NCBI GenBank assembly: GCA_001643675.2
Contig: LSRY02000011.1
Coordinates: 930,001-994,000 of the forward strand
Length of the DNA stretch: 64,000 bases
From: Monocercomonoides exilis PA203
Lineage: Eukaryota > Protista > Preaxostyla
Direction of reading: 5' to 3'
Shown here: positions 37,483-48,448 of the stretch, piece after piece
How the letters are laid out: the number at the start of each line of letters is the position of its first letter
Position numbering within the stretch: the stretch's first letter is position 1
Notes under the pieces: generated by a model
Told to the model about the DNA's origin: nothing
The model's input: the letters and a program-made list of their open reading frames with translations, nothing else
Database searches by the model: none
Made by a program: the position numbers and the translations under genes

Positions 37483-39014
37483 ATATTATAATTCAAAATT
37501 GAAAAACTAACAAGTAAAGAAGAAGGTCCGTTTAATTTCAAATTTTCATAAAGTTAACATAAATCAAAAAAAAGTTTAAAATGTATTTTTAGGGTGAAAT
37601 ATTTTTGAATTTGTTAATTTAATCATTTTTCATTATTTTTCTGATATGTTAAAAAGCACTCTTTTAAAGAATTTGCAAATTTTAAATTTTGGACAAAATC
37701 TGATGGCATAAGTGTAAAAAAATACCTTCTTCAGTTTTGCGATTTTTTCCGTTTCAACAAAACAGTAATGAATAACATAAAAAAATAACACTTTTAGGTG
37801 GAGCAGTTTTTAGGTACATTAACATAATTTTCATCACATAATTTCTTTTGATCAATCCCATACTAAAATGTTTAGATTCACTTTTTAAGTGTTTCGTGCA
37901 AATGAAGATGAACTGAAGATTGAAAGTTGCAAAAAAACAATACAAATTTTATTGTAACGTGAATGAAGTTTGAATTTGTACTGTTTTTATCTCTTTTTCT
38001 ATGCATTCTTTTTGTTTTTTGACTTTCTTTGATGTGGCAGTCGCTTTCAAATAAATTCAAAAAATTATCGATGAGCATCAATAGACACACAGTGAAGAGG
38101 CAATTTTAATATTTTTAAAACCAACTGTCATTTGTTTTTCCAAAATCCGTTATTTATACGTTGTGCTATTTTTTGTGTTATAATGCTTTCCATAACATAT
38201 AAATGAATTTGTTCTTGCAACACTTGAATAATATAATATAAATATTTTGCAAGAATACGCTTGTTGTTGCGTTTTTTCTCTTTCACAATTTTGTATCAAA
38301 ATATCCTTCGTTTTTTATGGATTTCTGAAAAAAGAAAGAACAACTAAAATAATGTCTCTTTTTTGTTGCTTCATGTCATAAAAATGAAAAGAACAAACAA
38401 CTTTAATCAGAATGAAAATGTTTCACATTAGTTTCAGAAGGAAAACTAAAAAAACTTAAAATGCAGGTATTCAAAACTTTGAAATATTTATTAATTCCAA
38501 AGTGATTTTTAAAATGACAAAAAATATATATATATATAATTGAAAATTTGTAAACAATCAATTTCATCAAAAAAAAATCTTTCTATTCATCTTTTCAAGC
38601 TATTCGATTTTTATTGATTTTCTTTTCTTATCTTTTATATTATCTTCTTCCTTTCCTTTCAATCTGGATGTAATTTCTTCTAAAAAAAAAAGTTAATAAT
38701 TGAAATTCCATTTCATCATTTGATATTCGTCGATGAATCAAACCAAAATGAAACAAACAGTTGCTCTTTACATCATGAAATATTCTTTCAAAGTTCTGTC
38801 TCCAGCAGCGCTTCTTGATAAACGAATGCTTCAGCTTCAAGTTGCTCCGATGTTACACTTACATATTCGAAAAACATTCGTAGTCACTTATAAGCTAAAA
38901 TTGCTCAACTTTCTCAACTGATAGAATTCAGAGAAAGAAAACAAACTTTGAACCTGGAACATTTATGTTACTTTTTAATTTGAATTTTCTCTTTTATATT
39001 TTCTGAATAGTAAA

Positions 39015-40480
39015 TTAATTTTTCGAAGTAGAAGAAGAAGATGATGATGAAGAAGAAGAAGATGATGATGATGATGATGAAGAAAAAGATGATGATGATG
39101 ATGATGCTGACGATAATGAGGAATAAAAATATGCATCTGTTGGATAAAACGTCTTTGAATTCAATCCAAACTTCACAGGAGGAAGTTCGATTGTTTTTGA
39201 TGATGTCATTTCATTCGAAATAGAAGAAGTTGAAGTGGTTGAAGAAGCAAAAGTTGAAGAAAGAAAAGAAAAATTAATTTATTTCGATGAATAAGAATTT
39301 GGATGACCAAAAGAAATTACTAATTTATCTTCTTTTTTAACTTTATCCCATCTGACAACATCAGCCACCATCAACTTCACAGAATGAATAGCAAAAAGCT
39401 TATCTTTTCCGCCTTGTTTGCTTTCTCTTATCATCTTCTTTGATGAATCACTCAATGAAATACTATCAACTGCCTTCACTTTCCTATAAGAATCAGAATA
39501 ATTATTGGAAACAACTGAAATGCTCCTCAAAACTCGTTTGCCTCCTTTAAACTTTGCGGTTTTAGCTTCTTCTTCTCTTCTCATTCTTCTTTCTCTTTCT
39601 TTCTCTCTCTCTTACTCCTTCTCTTCCTCTTCTCCTTTCCTTGTCTCCATCCTGAATGAAATAGAAGAAGTAAACATCAAACAGAGGCGCATAAAGTGGA
39701 TGCTCAGAAGCAGTTGTTGGTCTTGGCGGAGGCGAATGAGGAGGGAGAAGAGGAGGAGAATGAGAAGGAGGAGTATTATGAGAGAGAGAAGAGGAGGAGG
39801 AAGAGGAAGAAGAAGGAATGGAAGATGAGGGAGATGAAGAAGAAGGCAATGATGTTGGTATTGATGATAAGGATGGAGGAGGAAGAAAAGCAACAGAACG
39901 AGTTAAAGATGAGGAAATTGAAGAAGAAGAAGAAGGAGGAGGAGGAGAAAAAGAAGGAGAAGAAGAAAGAGGAGGAGAAGGAGGAGAAGGAGGAGAAGGA
40001 GGAGAAGGAGGAGAAGGAGGAGAAGGAGGAGAAGGAGGAGAAGGAGGAGAAGGAGGAGAAGGAGGAGAAGGAGGAGAAGGAGGAGAAGGAGGAGAAGGAG
40101 GAGAAGGAGGAGAAGGAGGAGGAGGAGAATGAGAAGGGGGAGGAGGAAGAAGAAGAAGAATGAATATTTTGATACAAACAGGACTGAATAGTTTGGAGCG
40201 TGAACAAGAATGAAAAAAGATGATGATGAAGCAAAAACAGTTTAAATAGTTCCATTTCCGTTTGCGCTGAGCTGCGGCTGAAACAGAAACGCTCGCAAAA
40301 GAGAGAAGACCTGTGCAACTCGGAAAACAGGATAGACGAGTTGCTTTTGATCGAAATTCTCAAAAATATCTTTTGGTCTGACTCTATGAAACCGTCATCA
40401 AATTCTCTGTTTTCCTCTCCCTCGTCCAGCATCCCTCTCAATCATTTATCCAAATCAACTCCATCCAAATTTCAAACATA
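39015..40480 (-). pseudogene. Host-like gene fragment carried inside the transposon
   Basis: Consecutive minus-strand ORF pieces with Ser runs and R/E tracts like the cellular genes in this window; no transposase motifs. Confidence 0.55.
39972..40115. repeat. Perfect 9-bp tandem repeat (GAGGAGAAG) x ~16
   Basis: Seen directly. Confidence 0.9.
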
Positions 40481-40930
40481 TTCCTCACTAAACAGCTATC
40501 GAATATGATTAAACATAGCTTTTTGAGAATGCATGATTTGAAAGCGACTGCCACATCAAAGAAAGTCAAAAAACAAAAAGAATGCATAGAAAAAGAGATA
40601 AAAACAGTACAAATTCAAACTTCATTCACGTTACAATAAAATTTGTATTGTTTTTTTGCAACTTTCAATCTTCAGTTCATCTTCATTTGCACGAAACACT
40701 TAAAAAGTGAATCTAAACATTTTAGTATGGGATTGATCAAAAGAAATTATGTGATAAAAATTATGTTAATGTACCTAAAAACTGCTCCACCTAAAAGTGT
40801 TATTTTTTTATGTTATTCATTACTGTTTTGTTGAAACGGAAAAAATCGCAAAACTGAAGAAGGTATTTTTTTACACTTATGCCAATCTGATAAATAATGA
40901 TTTGTTCAATTGAATATACACTGCACCATT

Positions 40931-42073
40931 TATTGTTCAAATTTGATAAAGTTATTTATTAATGTTCATCAAATGGAGTATTTTAAACGAAAAAAAAGTT
41001 AATGTGAAAAATTGGTCACAGACTGAATGTCAGAAAGTGATTAAAATAATGAATGTTGTAATTATTCATATAAGAAATGAGAAATTGAACCTCTGTTTAA
41101 ATTATTTGTCAAAAAACATTAAAATGTCCGCTTTTTCAGAAAAAAATCATCATCCTTGAAATCGGACAATTTTCAAATGAATTCGTCTAACAGTTAGGTG
41201 TAAAACCTACACTTGTGCAAAAACTCGTAAACTTGACTTTTTTTTTCAAAATACTCGTCCACATTCATTTATCTGAAAGCGTTATACATTTTGATGAAAA
41301 TATTAATTTTTATTTGTTTTCTATTTTGGATTACGGCAGAAAACTGTGAGATGAATTTTGAAATCATAATTTATTTCAGAGTATTGAATTTGAAATCTTA
41401 TTTAAAAATGACAAGAAAATTATCATTTGCAAACTTTTTGAATTGCAATTGTGAAAAAAATCAAAAATATGAAATGCATTCATGAAAAATATTTTGTGGA
41501 AGGAAAGATCACTTTTCGATATTCACTAACAAAAACGTAAATCAAATTTATTTATCGAAAATTTAGACTGAAAAGAATGTGATATCAAAAATAATTACCC
41601 AAATCAAAAATATAAATTATAAAATAAAAGAAAAAAATAGTTCATAAATCTTTGTTTTCGATTTTCTAACGTAATACAAAATATGAAAAAATAAAAATTA
41701 ATATTTTCATCAAAGTGTATAACGCTTTCAGATAAATGAATGTGGACGAGTATTTTGAAAAAAAAAGTCAAGTTTACGAGTTTTTGCACAAGTGTAGGTT
41801 TTACACCTAACTGTTAGACGAATTCATTTGAAAATTGTCCGATTTCAAGGATGATGATTTTTTTCTGAAAAAGCGGACATTTTAATGTTTTTTGACAAAT
41901 AATTTAAACAGAGGTTCAATTTCTCATTTCTTATATGAATAATTACAACATTCATTATTTTAATCACTTTCTGACATTCAGTCTGTGACCAATTTTTCAC
42001 ATTAACTTTTTTTTCGTTTAAAATACTCCATTTGATGAACATTAATAAATAACTTTATCAAATTTGAATAATA
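40931..42073. repeat. Foldback: ~410-bp inverted repeat with ~320-bp spacer
   Basis: 40931-41343 vs 41662-42073 (sum ~83004); outer ~350 bp essentially identical, inner part diverged; no TSD seen. Confidence 0.9.
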
Positions 42074-42233
42074 TTCAAAACTTTTACGAATAAAAAGTTC
42101 ACAAAATTTGAATAATAAATGGTGTTTGTTAATTATTTTTAGAATTAATAAATCGTATGAAATGAAATTCAATTTGATTATATATGAATCAAGAACTGAT
42201 TCTCAAAAAATTGAAAAATTTAAAAACTTATTT

Positions 42234-42683
42234 CACTCTAAATCGGATACCATTTTATCGGGTTTTGCACGACTTTTTGTGTCTATATCAGATTGTGATA
42301 ATATACGATGCTGCTTAACACAGAAAACAATAAAAATTAATTGACTAATTAATTAATTTTGGGTCGATTTTTTTATTTTTGGAAATTCTATACAAATACA
42401 CTTTTTTCACTTGCAAAATTAATTTTTTTCATAAATACATTTATTTTTGACTTATTTGAGCACATTTTTGAAAAAACAAAAAATTGAAAATTTTGATCAA
42501 AAAATCGATTTTCCATTGAAAAAATAACCCATTATAATAAAAAATGTGATTTTATATTTTCAGCCCTGTGATTATACGCGATGGAAAATATATGAAAAAT
42601 AGGACAAAAATGTCGGTGCATCGAAAAATGTGACAATAAACGATGCTGATAATATTCGATGTGATTATATCTGGATTAGACTG
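42234..42683. mobile_element. Tc1/pogo-type non-autonomous element, copy 2
   Basis: Homolog of 10870-11324; ends TCTGGATTAGACTG|ta. Confidence 0.78.
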
Positions 42684-42699
42684 TACTAGAAAGAAAACA

Positions 42700-43250
42700 C
42701 GACAAAAAGAAAGGGAAATGCGTGATGGTGCGACTGAAAAATAGAAAAAAGAGATATCAAAATCAATTATTGAAAGACACAAAATACCAGGATCAACTAT
42801 TTGCGTGGATGAATGTAAAGCATACAGCTCTATATCATCTTTGGGATATGATCATCACACTGATTGCTGCAAATACAATTTTGTTGATCCAGATAGTGGA
42901 ATTTGAACAAATTCGAAAGAAAACACTTGGTCAAATTTTCGAAAATCTCCTCCCTGAAATGGGATAAAAGAAAAATACATAGATGATTTCATGACAAGCT
43001 TTGTTGGAAAAAGATTAGAGATTCTTTATTCAGAAAATTTAATTTAAATATTACTTGCATAAAAGCTCTTAAATGTTGAAAAAGAAATTGATGAAACCGA
43101 AAAAGATGAAACCGAAGAATCTGATGAAAGTGATGTGCCAGTTCGAAATCAAAATGTTGAATTAACTGAAGATGAATCTGATTCTTAAGGAGCGGGCGAT
43201 GGAACAGATGCATCCGAGTATGAATTGTGAGAAACGAAAATTCCATTCAC
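42700..43250 (+). pseudogene. Second Merlin/IS1595-family transposase remnant (3' half)
   Basis: In a frame not shown by the ORF track: IPGSTICVDECKAYSSISSLGYDHHTDCCKYNFVDPDSGI*TNSKENTWSNFRKS, collinear with 4490-4730, followed by an acidic tail. Confidence 0.82.
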
Positions 43251-43276
43251 CTTTGACTCCAAATATATATTTATTT

Positions 43277-43531
43277 GAGTGATTATTTTTGAGATCATAT
43301 TTTTTCATTCAAATTTTTCGATTCAAAAATTTCCTTTGAACATAAATTCATGAACACTGAAGAGTGAAAAGCCTCAATAAAGACATTTGAATATTGATTT
43401 CAGATGATTCACTTATTCTTAATTCAGCTGTGAGAAATTAAGCATATGAATTCAGAAGCTCTACCCAATGACAAGTAAAATTTGAAAAATCTTCAACACG
43501 AAAAAAGTTATGATTTCGAAAATAATCTGCC
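43277..43531. mobile_element. 255-bp MITE of the GGGTGATT family, ATTT TSD
   Basis: GAGTGATTATTTTTGAGATCATA...TATGATTTCGAAAATAATCTGCC, ATTT on both flanks. Confidence 0.75.
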
Positions 43532-44415
43532 ATTTATTTATTTATACGTAAATTAATAATCAAAATAATATTTTTCTTCAAAATCCGGAGATAGTAATTT
43601 CAGAAATTATTTAATAACGACAAATACAAACATGTAGAACACAAATAAGTTGCATTTAGGTAGTGATATATTGATTCTTTCTGAGGCTTTTTCGAAAAAA
43701 TAGTTTTGATAGTTTTGAAAAACTTAACTCCTTGTAATTCTTGTTTTTTTAATTTCAACGTTAATATTTGAAACAGAACAATAATCAATAAATGAAAATA
43801 AATGAAAAAAAAGTAAAAATTATACATACATCATACAGAAAAGGATGTTTTTATCAGCTAATTCTTGTTTTTGCTTTTCAAAAAAACGGGAAATACATCA
43901 TCATTAAAAAATACTTCAACCAATTTTTCATATTCATTCATTTTCATTTTAAAGTTTCTTTTTAATTTTTCAACTTCATTGTATTTCGCCTTTAATGCAC
44001 AGCCTTTTCACTTGCCCGAAAGCACCAGAGACAGCACAAAAGACAACAATGTTTCATTGCGTGTGAGAAAGAGAGAAGGAGCAACCACTCCGTTTTCTGA
44101 ATAAATATCAATCTTAAATGTTCAAAACACTCGTGCTCACAAGCCTCCAAAAAAATAAATGAATAAAAAAGAAAAATGAAAAAAGAAAATATATCTGGTC
44201 TCAACAATTCTCAGCAAAGCAAGCAAGCAAGCAAGCAAGCAAACATACAGAAACTCTAACAAATCACAAATTACAAAGCCAACAGCCAACAATAATCTCA
44301 AATGCCATGAATGCCAACGGCACACCCATCGCAACACTCATCGCAACACCCACGCATCTCACACCCAATCAGCCAATCAGCCAATTAAACATTCAGCGCG
44401 TTTCAGAGCCAGCCC

Positions 44416-44969
44416 TCACCCGTCCACCCTCTTGTATGCCTGCCCTCCTCCTCCCCCTCTCCCTCCCCGCCGCCTCGCCCACGGCAGCACAATCACCACC
44501 ACCAGCACCACACACGCCACCCCAAACAGCACCCCAAATGCCACCGACAGCCCAATATACGTCTTCTCCCGCTTCTTGTCCTCCTCCTCCTTCGCCCGCT
44601 GCGTCTCCACCTCCGACCCTGCCACATAGAACGGCACCTGCGACTCGCAGATCGACTTGTGCCACTCCTCCTCCTTGAACTGCGACGGAAACACCCCTTC
44701 CACCGCCTTCACCAGCTCCTGCTCACCCCATTCACACACAATCCCCAATCACCAAAAAAGAAAAAAATAAATTAAAAAACAAATTGTTGTGTTGATGATG
44801 ATGATGATGGATGCACACCTCCACCGGACACTCCATGCTCTTGCACTGCACCGGCTGGAACGCTGCCCACAGCTCTTCTGTCCCTGCCTTCTTCTGGTCT
44901 TCCTGGAAGAAGAACTTGAAGAAGTACTCTCCCCCTTTTATTCCTTTGCTGCCTTTCCCAACTCCATTG

Positions 44970-45008
<39 letters not shown>

Positions 45009-46394
45009 CCTCCACTCCGCCGGTGCAGCTCCACAATCACCACACTCCCATAATACGGGATCTTCGACGCCACATGCCCCAGGCCCCGCAGCACCATGTC
45101 CAGCGTCGTGTCGTGTGCCGAGTAGTGGTGCAGCTTGATGTGCGGCCGCGCCGGCTCGGCCTCCAGCGCCTCTGCTGTCCGTGCAGGATTCACTGAAAAG
45201 ATCTTCACAAAAGACAAAGACAGACAAATAATCAGAATTCAAAAATGTTTTTCATCATTTCCACCACCAAAAAATAACAACTTCGAAAATAACATTTTCT
45301 TTTTTGTAATTGCAAATGACAACCCTTCTCCTCTCTTTTCATCTTTTCAAAATATCAAAAAAGAAAAAAGCGAATTCCAAAATTACCTCTTCAAACAGCT
45401 TCCCCAGCGTCGCCTGCTTCCACAGCGTGTTGTTCACTGCAAAATAGAACTTCCGCCCCTCGTGCTGCAGCCCCTCCAGCTTCCCCAGCAGCACCTTCAG
45501 CTCCTCCGTCGCCTTCTCCGTGCTGCACACCCAGCACCACCCCATTTTTCAATGGAAAAAAAAATAAAGAAAAAATGAATGAATTCTGCTTTTCACACTT
45601 GTGCTCCACCTCCACATTCATCGCATCCACCACATCCTCCACCGTCGCAAAGTCGATCTCTACCCCGTACCGCGCCTTCGCCTCTGCCCGCGCCTCCTCG
45701 TACTTCTTCAGGATCCCTGCCGCCTCCTCCGTCTTCATCCAGTTCCCAAACAGCCTTTCTGTCACAGCACTGCTCATTCCATTTCAAATAAAAAAAAAAA
45801 TATAATTTTCATTGAACAGCCAAAAAATAAGACACACCACGCAGAGTACCCCTTCAGCAGATACTCCTCCTTCCCAGGCACCGTCTCGATCGGGACTGTC
45901 TGGAACACCTCGGGCAGCGCAATCCCCTCGCCAGCCTCCTTCTGCCCCGCTCCTGCCTGCCGCTGCGCCTTGTGCGGGAACAGCCCCGCGTGCAGCGACC
46001 ACGTGGACATCAGGCACCGCTCCACGTCCGACGACCGCACGTGCACCGCGCTCCCCGAGTACTCCGCCGGCAGGAACGCCCCGTAGTGCGCCCGCAGCGT
46101 CTGCCCCAGCACATACAGCTGCTCCATCCCCCGCTCCGTCAGCACCCCGTTCTGCGCCCACTGCGTCAGCCCCGCCAAGTTCGCATACGGCGTCCGGTCC
46201 CCTGCAACAACAGCAACAGCAAAAAACAGAAAAAATCAGTTTGTTCGACCGTGCAGGGCACAGCCCCTGCAAAACACGCGGTGCACACCATGCCGCGTAA
46301 GGATCGTCACCGACACCAGCTCTGCACTGCCCAGCCCCATCACGCACACCACGCGAAGAAAACTCAAAAATCTCAGCAAATCCACAAACGCCAT
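44416..46394 (-). CDS. Histidine acid phosphatase, lysosomal type-I membrane form (copy 1, 6 exons)
   Basis: Signal-like N-terminus, RHG|DRTP motif split by intron 1, G.LT..G.EQ, VRSSDVERCLMS, YSAHDTT, C-terminal TM and YKRV (YxxPhi) tail; five GT-AG introns. Confidence 0.92.
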
Positions 46395-46611
46395 TTATTA
46401 CGGGTCTCCAACACCCAAAACCCCCGAAACACCCCGAAACACCCCCTTTCCCAGATGCGCTGCCTGCCCTGTGGCACGCGCTGCAGGGCCATTTTCTGGT
46501 GCGAAAAAGGGCATTTGGGGGAGTATGGGCCCAATTGTTTTTTTGTTATTTTTTATCAGCCTTTTTTCTGGGCTTGCGGGTGCTTGTGCCTGCTGACAGA
46601 CTGGGAACCGG
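46395..46611. promoter_or_regulatory. Putative compact bidirectional promoter (mirrored at 61281-61497)
   Basis: 217 bp between two divergent ATGs. Confidence 0.5.
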
Positions 46612-47997
46612 ATGGACTCGTATGCAGCAGCAGGGCTGGAGGCCGGGGTGCCGGGGTACATGCGGAAGCGGGAGCCGAAGATATCGAAGGCGAGCACAGA
46701 TGTTTGTGTTTTTTGCTTGGCTTTTCTCGATTTGTTTTTGACTTTGCTTTGCATGTGGTGGGGCGTTGCGGGGGGTGCAGTACAGCGCAGACTTCAGGCG
46801 TGGGAAGGCCCTTTGGCTGTGTTTTAACAGTTTTTTCTAATTTGTTGCTTTTCTGTTGCTGGGGTGCAGCACGGCGAGCGTGGACGTGGTGAAGGCGCGG
46901 AAGGTGGTGTATCCGTTCTCGAAGGACAAGCGGGGGACAGCGGTGCGTGCAGGGGTGGACAAGGTTTGCGAACAAAATAAATGTATTCTTTCCATTTTAA
47001 TCATTATTATTATTGCTGTTGCTGTTTTGCTTTTTCGGGGAGGGCAGACATACGACCCGAAGTACACGGTGACGGACGCGCACGTGGGGACGCCGAACAT
47101 TGCGAAGACGTCGAGGCCGGAGACATCGCTGGTGCAGCCGGTGACAGACATCATCTACGACACGAAAGACACGCTCACGAAGCAACGGCATGGCCCTTGC
47201 TCAATTTTTTTTCTATATATTTATTCATTTTTATATCTTTGGGTGCGGGTGGAAAAGGACGCGGACATCGTTTCTGGGGACGCGGGAGCAGCGGCCAGAG
47301 CTGTGGCGGAATGATCATGAAGACAATGTGATGCTTATTTCTTTTTCTCTCTTTTTTTGTTTATGTTATTGTTATTGTTGGGGGATGGGAGCAGACATAC
47401 AACCCGTCGTACAAGCGGGTGGACCGGGCAGTGCGGGGGGTGCCGGCGCTGGGGAAGCAGGAAGGGCGGGAGCGAGACATCCATGGAGTGAAGATGATGG
47501 TGTGTGGCTTTGGAGGAGGAAAAGAAGAGGATGAATTCTTTTGAAACCTTTTTGATTTGTTATTAATTGTTTATTTTATTTTATTTTATTTTATTTTGAT
47601 TTTTTGGGGGATGGGATGGGGCAGGACAAGTTTTACGAGGTGAAAGGGAAGGAGAAGAATCAGGTGTCAACGTCATTCTGTTCAGTGAGCAACCCGCGTG
47701 CGAGTGGGGTGGGAGACATGGCGCGGGAGATGGACTTTCTGATCCACCAGACAGAGGTGTGTGTGTGTGTGTGTGTAGATGAGGTGGATGAGGTGGAAGT
47801 TTTATTTGATCTTTTCATTTTTTCCTTTTTGATTTTGTGTTTGGAGTTGGATTTGGAGTTGAGATTTTGAAAGGAAAGAAGAGACGAGATGTGAAAGAGA
47901 ATGACATTTTTATTGATTTTTGTGATGGAAGCAGAAAGCGTGCGAGGACATTGATGCAGCGATTGCGAAGTATCGGAGCCGGGCAGCGATGATGTGA
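46612..47997 (+). CDS. ~235-aa basic repeat protein with D-x-x-Y motifs about every 35 aa; possibly a SHIPPO/ODF3-like microtubule-associated protein (copy 1, 8 exons)
   Basis: GC3-rich exons alternating with T-rich introns splice to MDSYAAAG...STDYSADFSTASVDVVK...DKTYDPKY...DIIYDTK...DNTYNPSY...DKFYEVK...RAAMM*; this needs two GC-AG introns. Confidence 0.7.
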
Positions 47998-48448
47998 GAG
48001 AACAATTGGAGAAAACAATTGGAGAAAACAACAGAAGAAAATGATGAGAGAAAATGATGAGAAAAAAAAGAAGGAGCTGCCATTTGCACTTCACCAGAAC
48101 ACACACTTCACCCACTTTCTTTCTTCCTTTTTTTCTTGTTTTGTTGTTTCATTTTATTTCATTTTGTTTTGATTGTGAAATGTTGAAAAAGGTATTTTCG
48201 ATTTTGATTTTTTCTTTCTTTCTTTCTTTTTGTTTTTTTGTTTGATAGAAATGATAAGATGTTCTGATTGAGAATCAATATATTTATTGTTTTTTTAAAC
48301 AAAAAGTTGGATTCTCTTTTCTCAATCAAGATTTAAATGTGAATGTTTTTTTTATTTTTCTATTTAAAATGAAGTTTATTACACAATCAAGTTTTATTCA
48401 GATAAAAATATCACAACAACCATTAGAAACATATCACAATAACCAGTT

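Larger units (their letters stand above)
37705..40883. mobile_element. 3.2-kb non-autonomous DNA transposon (Merlin-like ends) with 348-bp TIRs and cargo
   Basis: AATCTGAT|GGCATAAGTG...CACTTATGCC|AATCTGAT gives an 8-bp TSD; TIRs 37705-38052 / 40536-40883 with one visible mismatch. Confidence 0.92.
43900..48284. repeat. Left arm of a gene-containing inverted duplication of at least 4.4 kb (true outer end at or left of 43900)
   Basis: Reverse complement of 59609-64000; mirrored ORF sets with coordinate sums 107892-107900. Confidence 0.97.

Noticed and set aside
39696-40163. Plus-strand EEK-repeat and GGE-repeat ORFs
   Set aside because: Products of a purine 9-mer tandem repeat that is open in most frames; the flanking protein-like sequence is on the minus strand.
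40180-40440. Possible dDENN-like motif in the transposon cargo
   Set aside because: The resemblance is too weak to call without a profile search.
5028-43531. Recurring GGGTGATT(A/C)TTTTTGAAA motif as a possible CRISPR-like repeat or promoter element
   Set aside because: It occurs as dispersed inverted pairs ~240-260 bp apart with TSDs, i.e. MITE ends, not a spaced direct array.
44300-48250. Dozens of overlapping ORFs in the GC-rich arms (mirrored at 59640-63600)
   Set aside because: Stop-poor GC-rich exons and intron read-through; explained by two spliced genes per arm.
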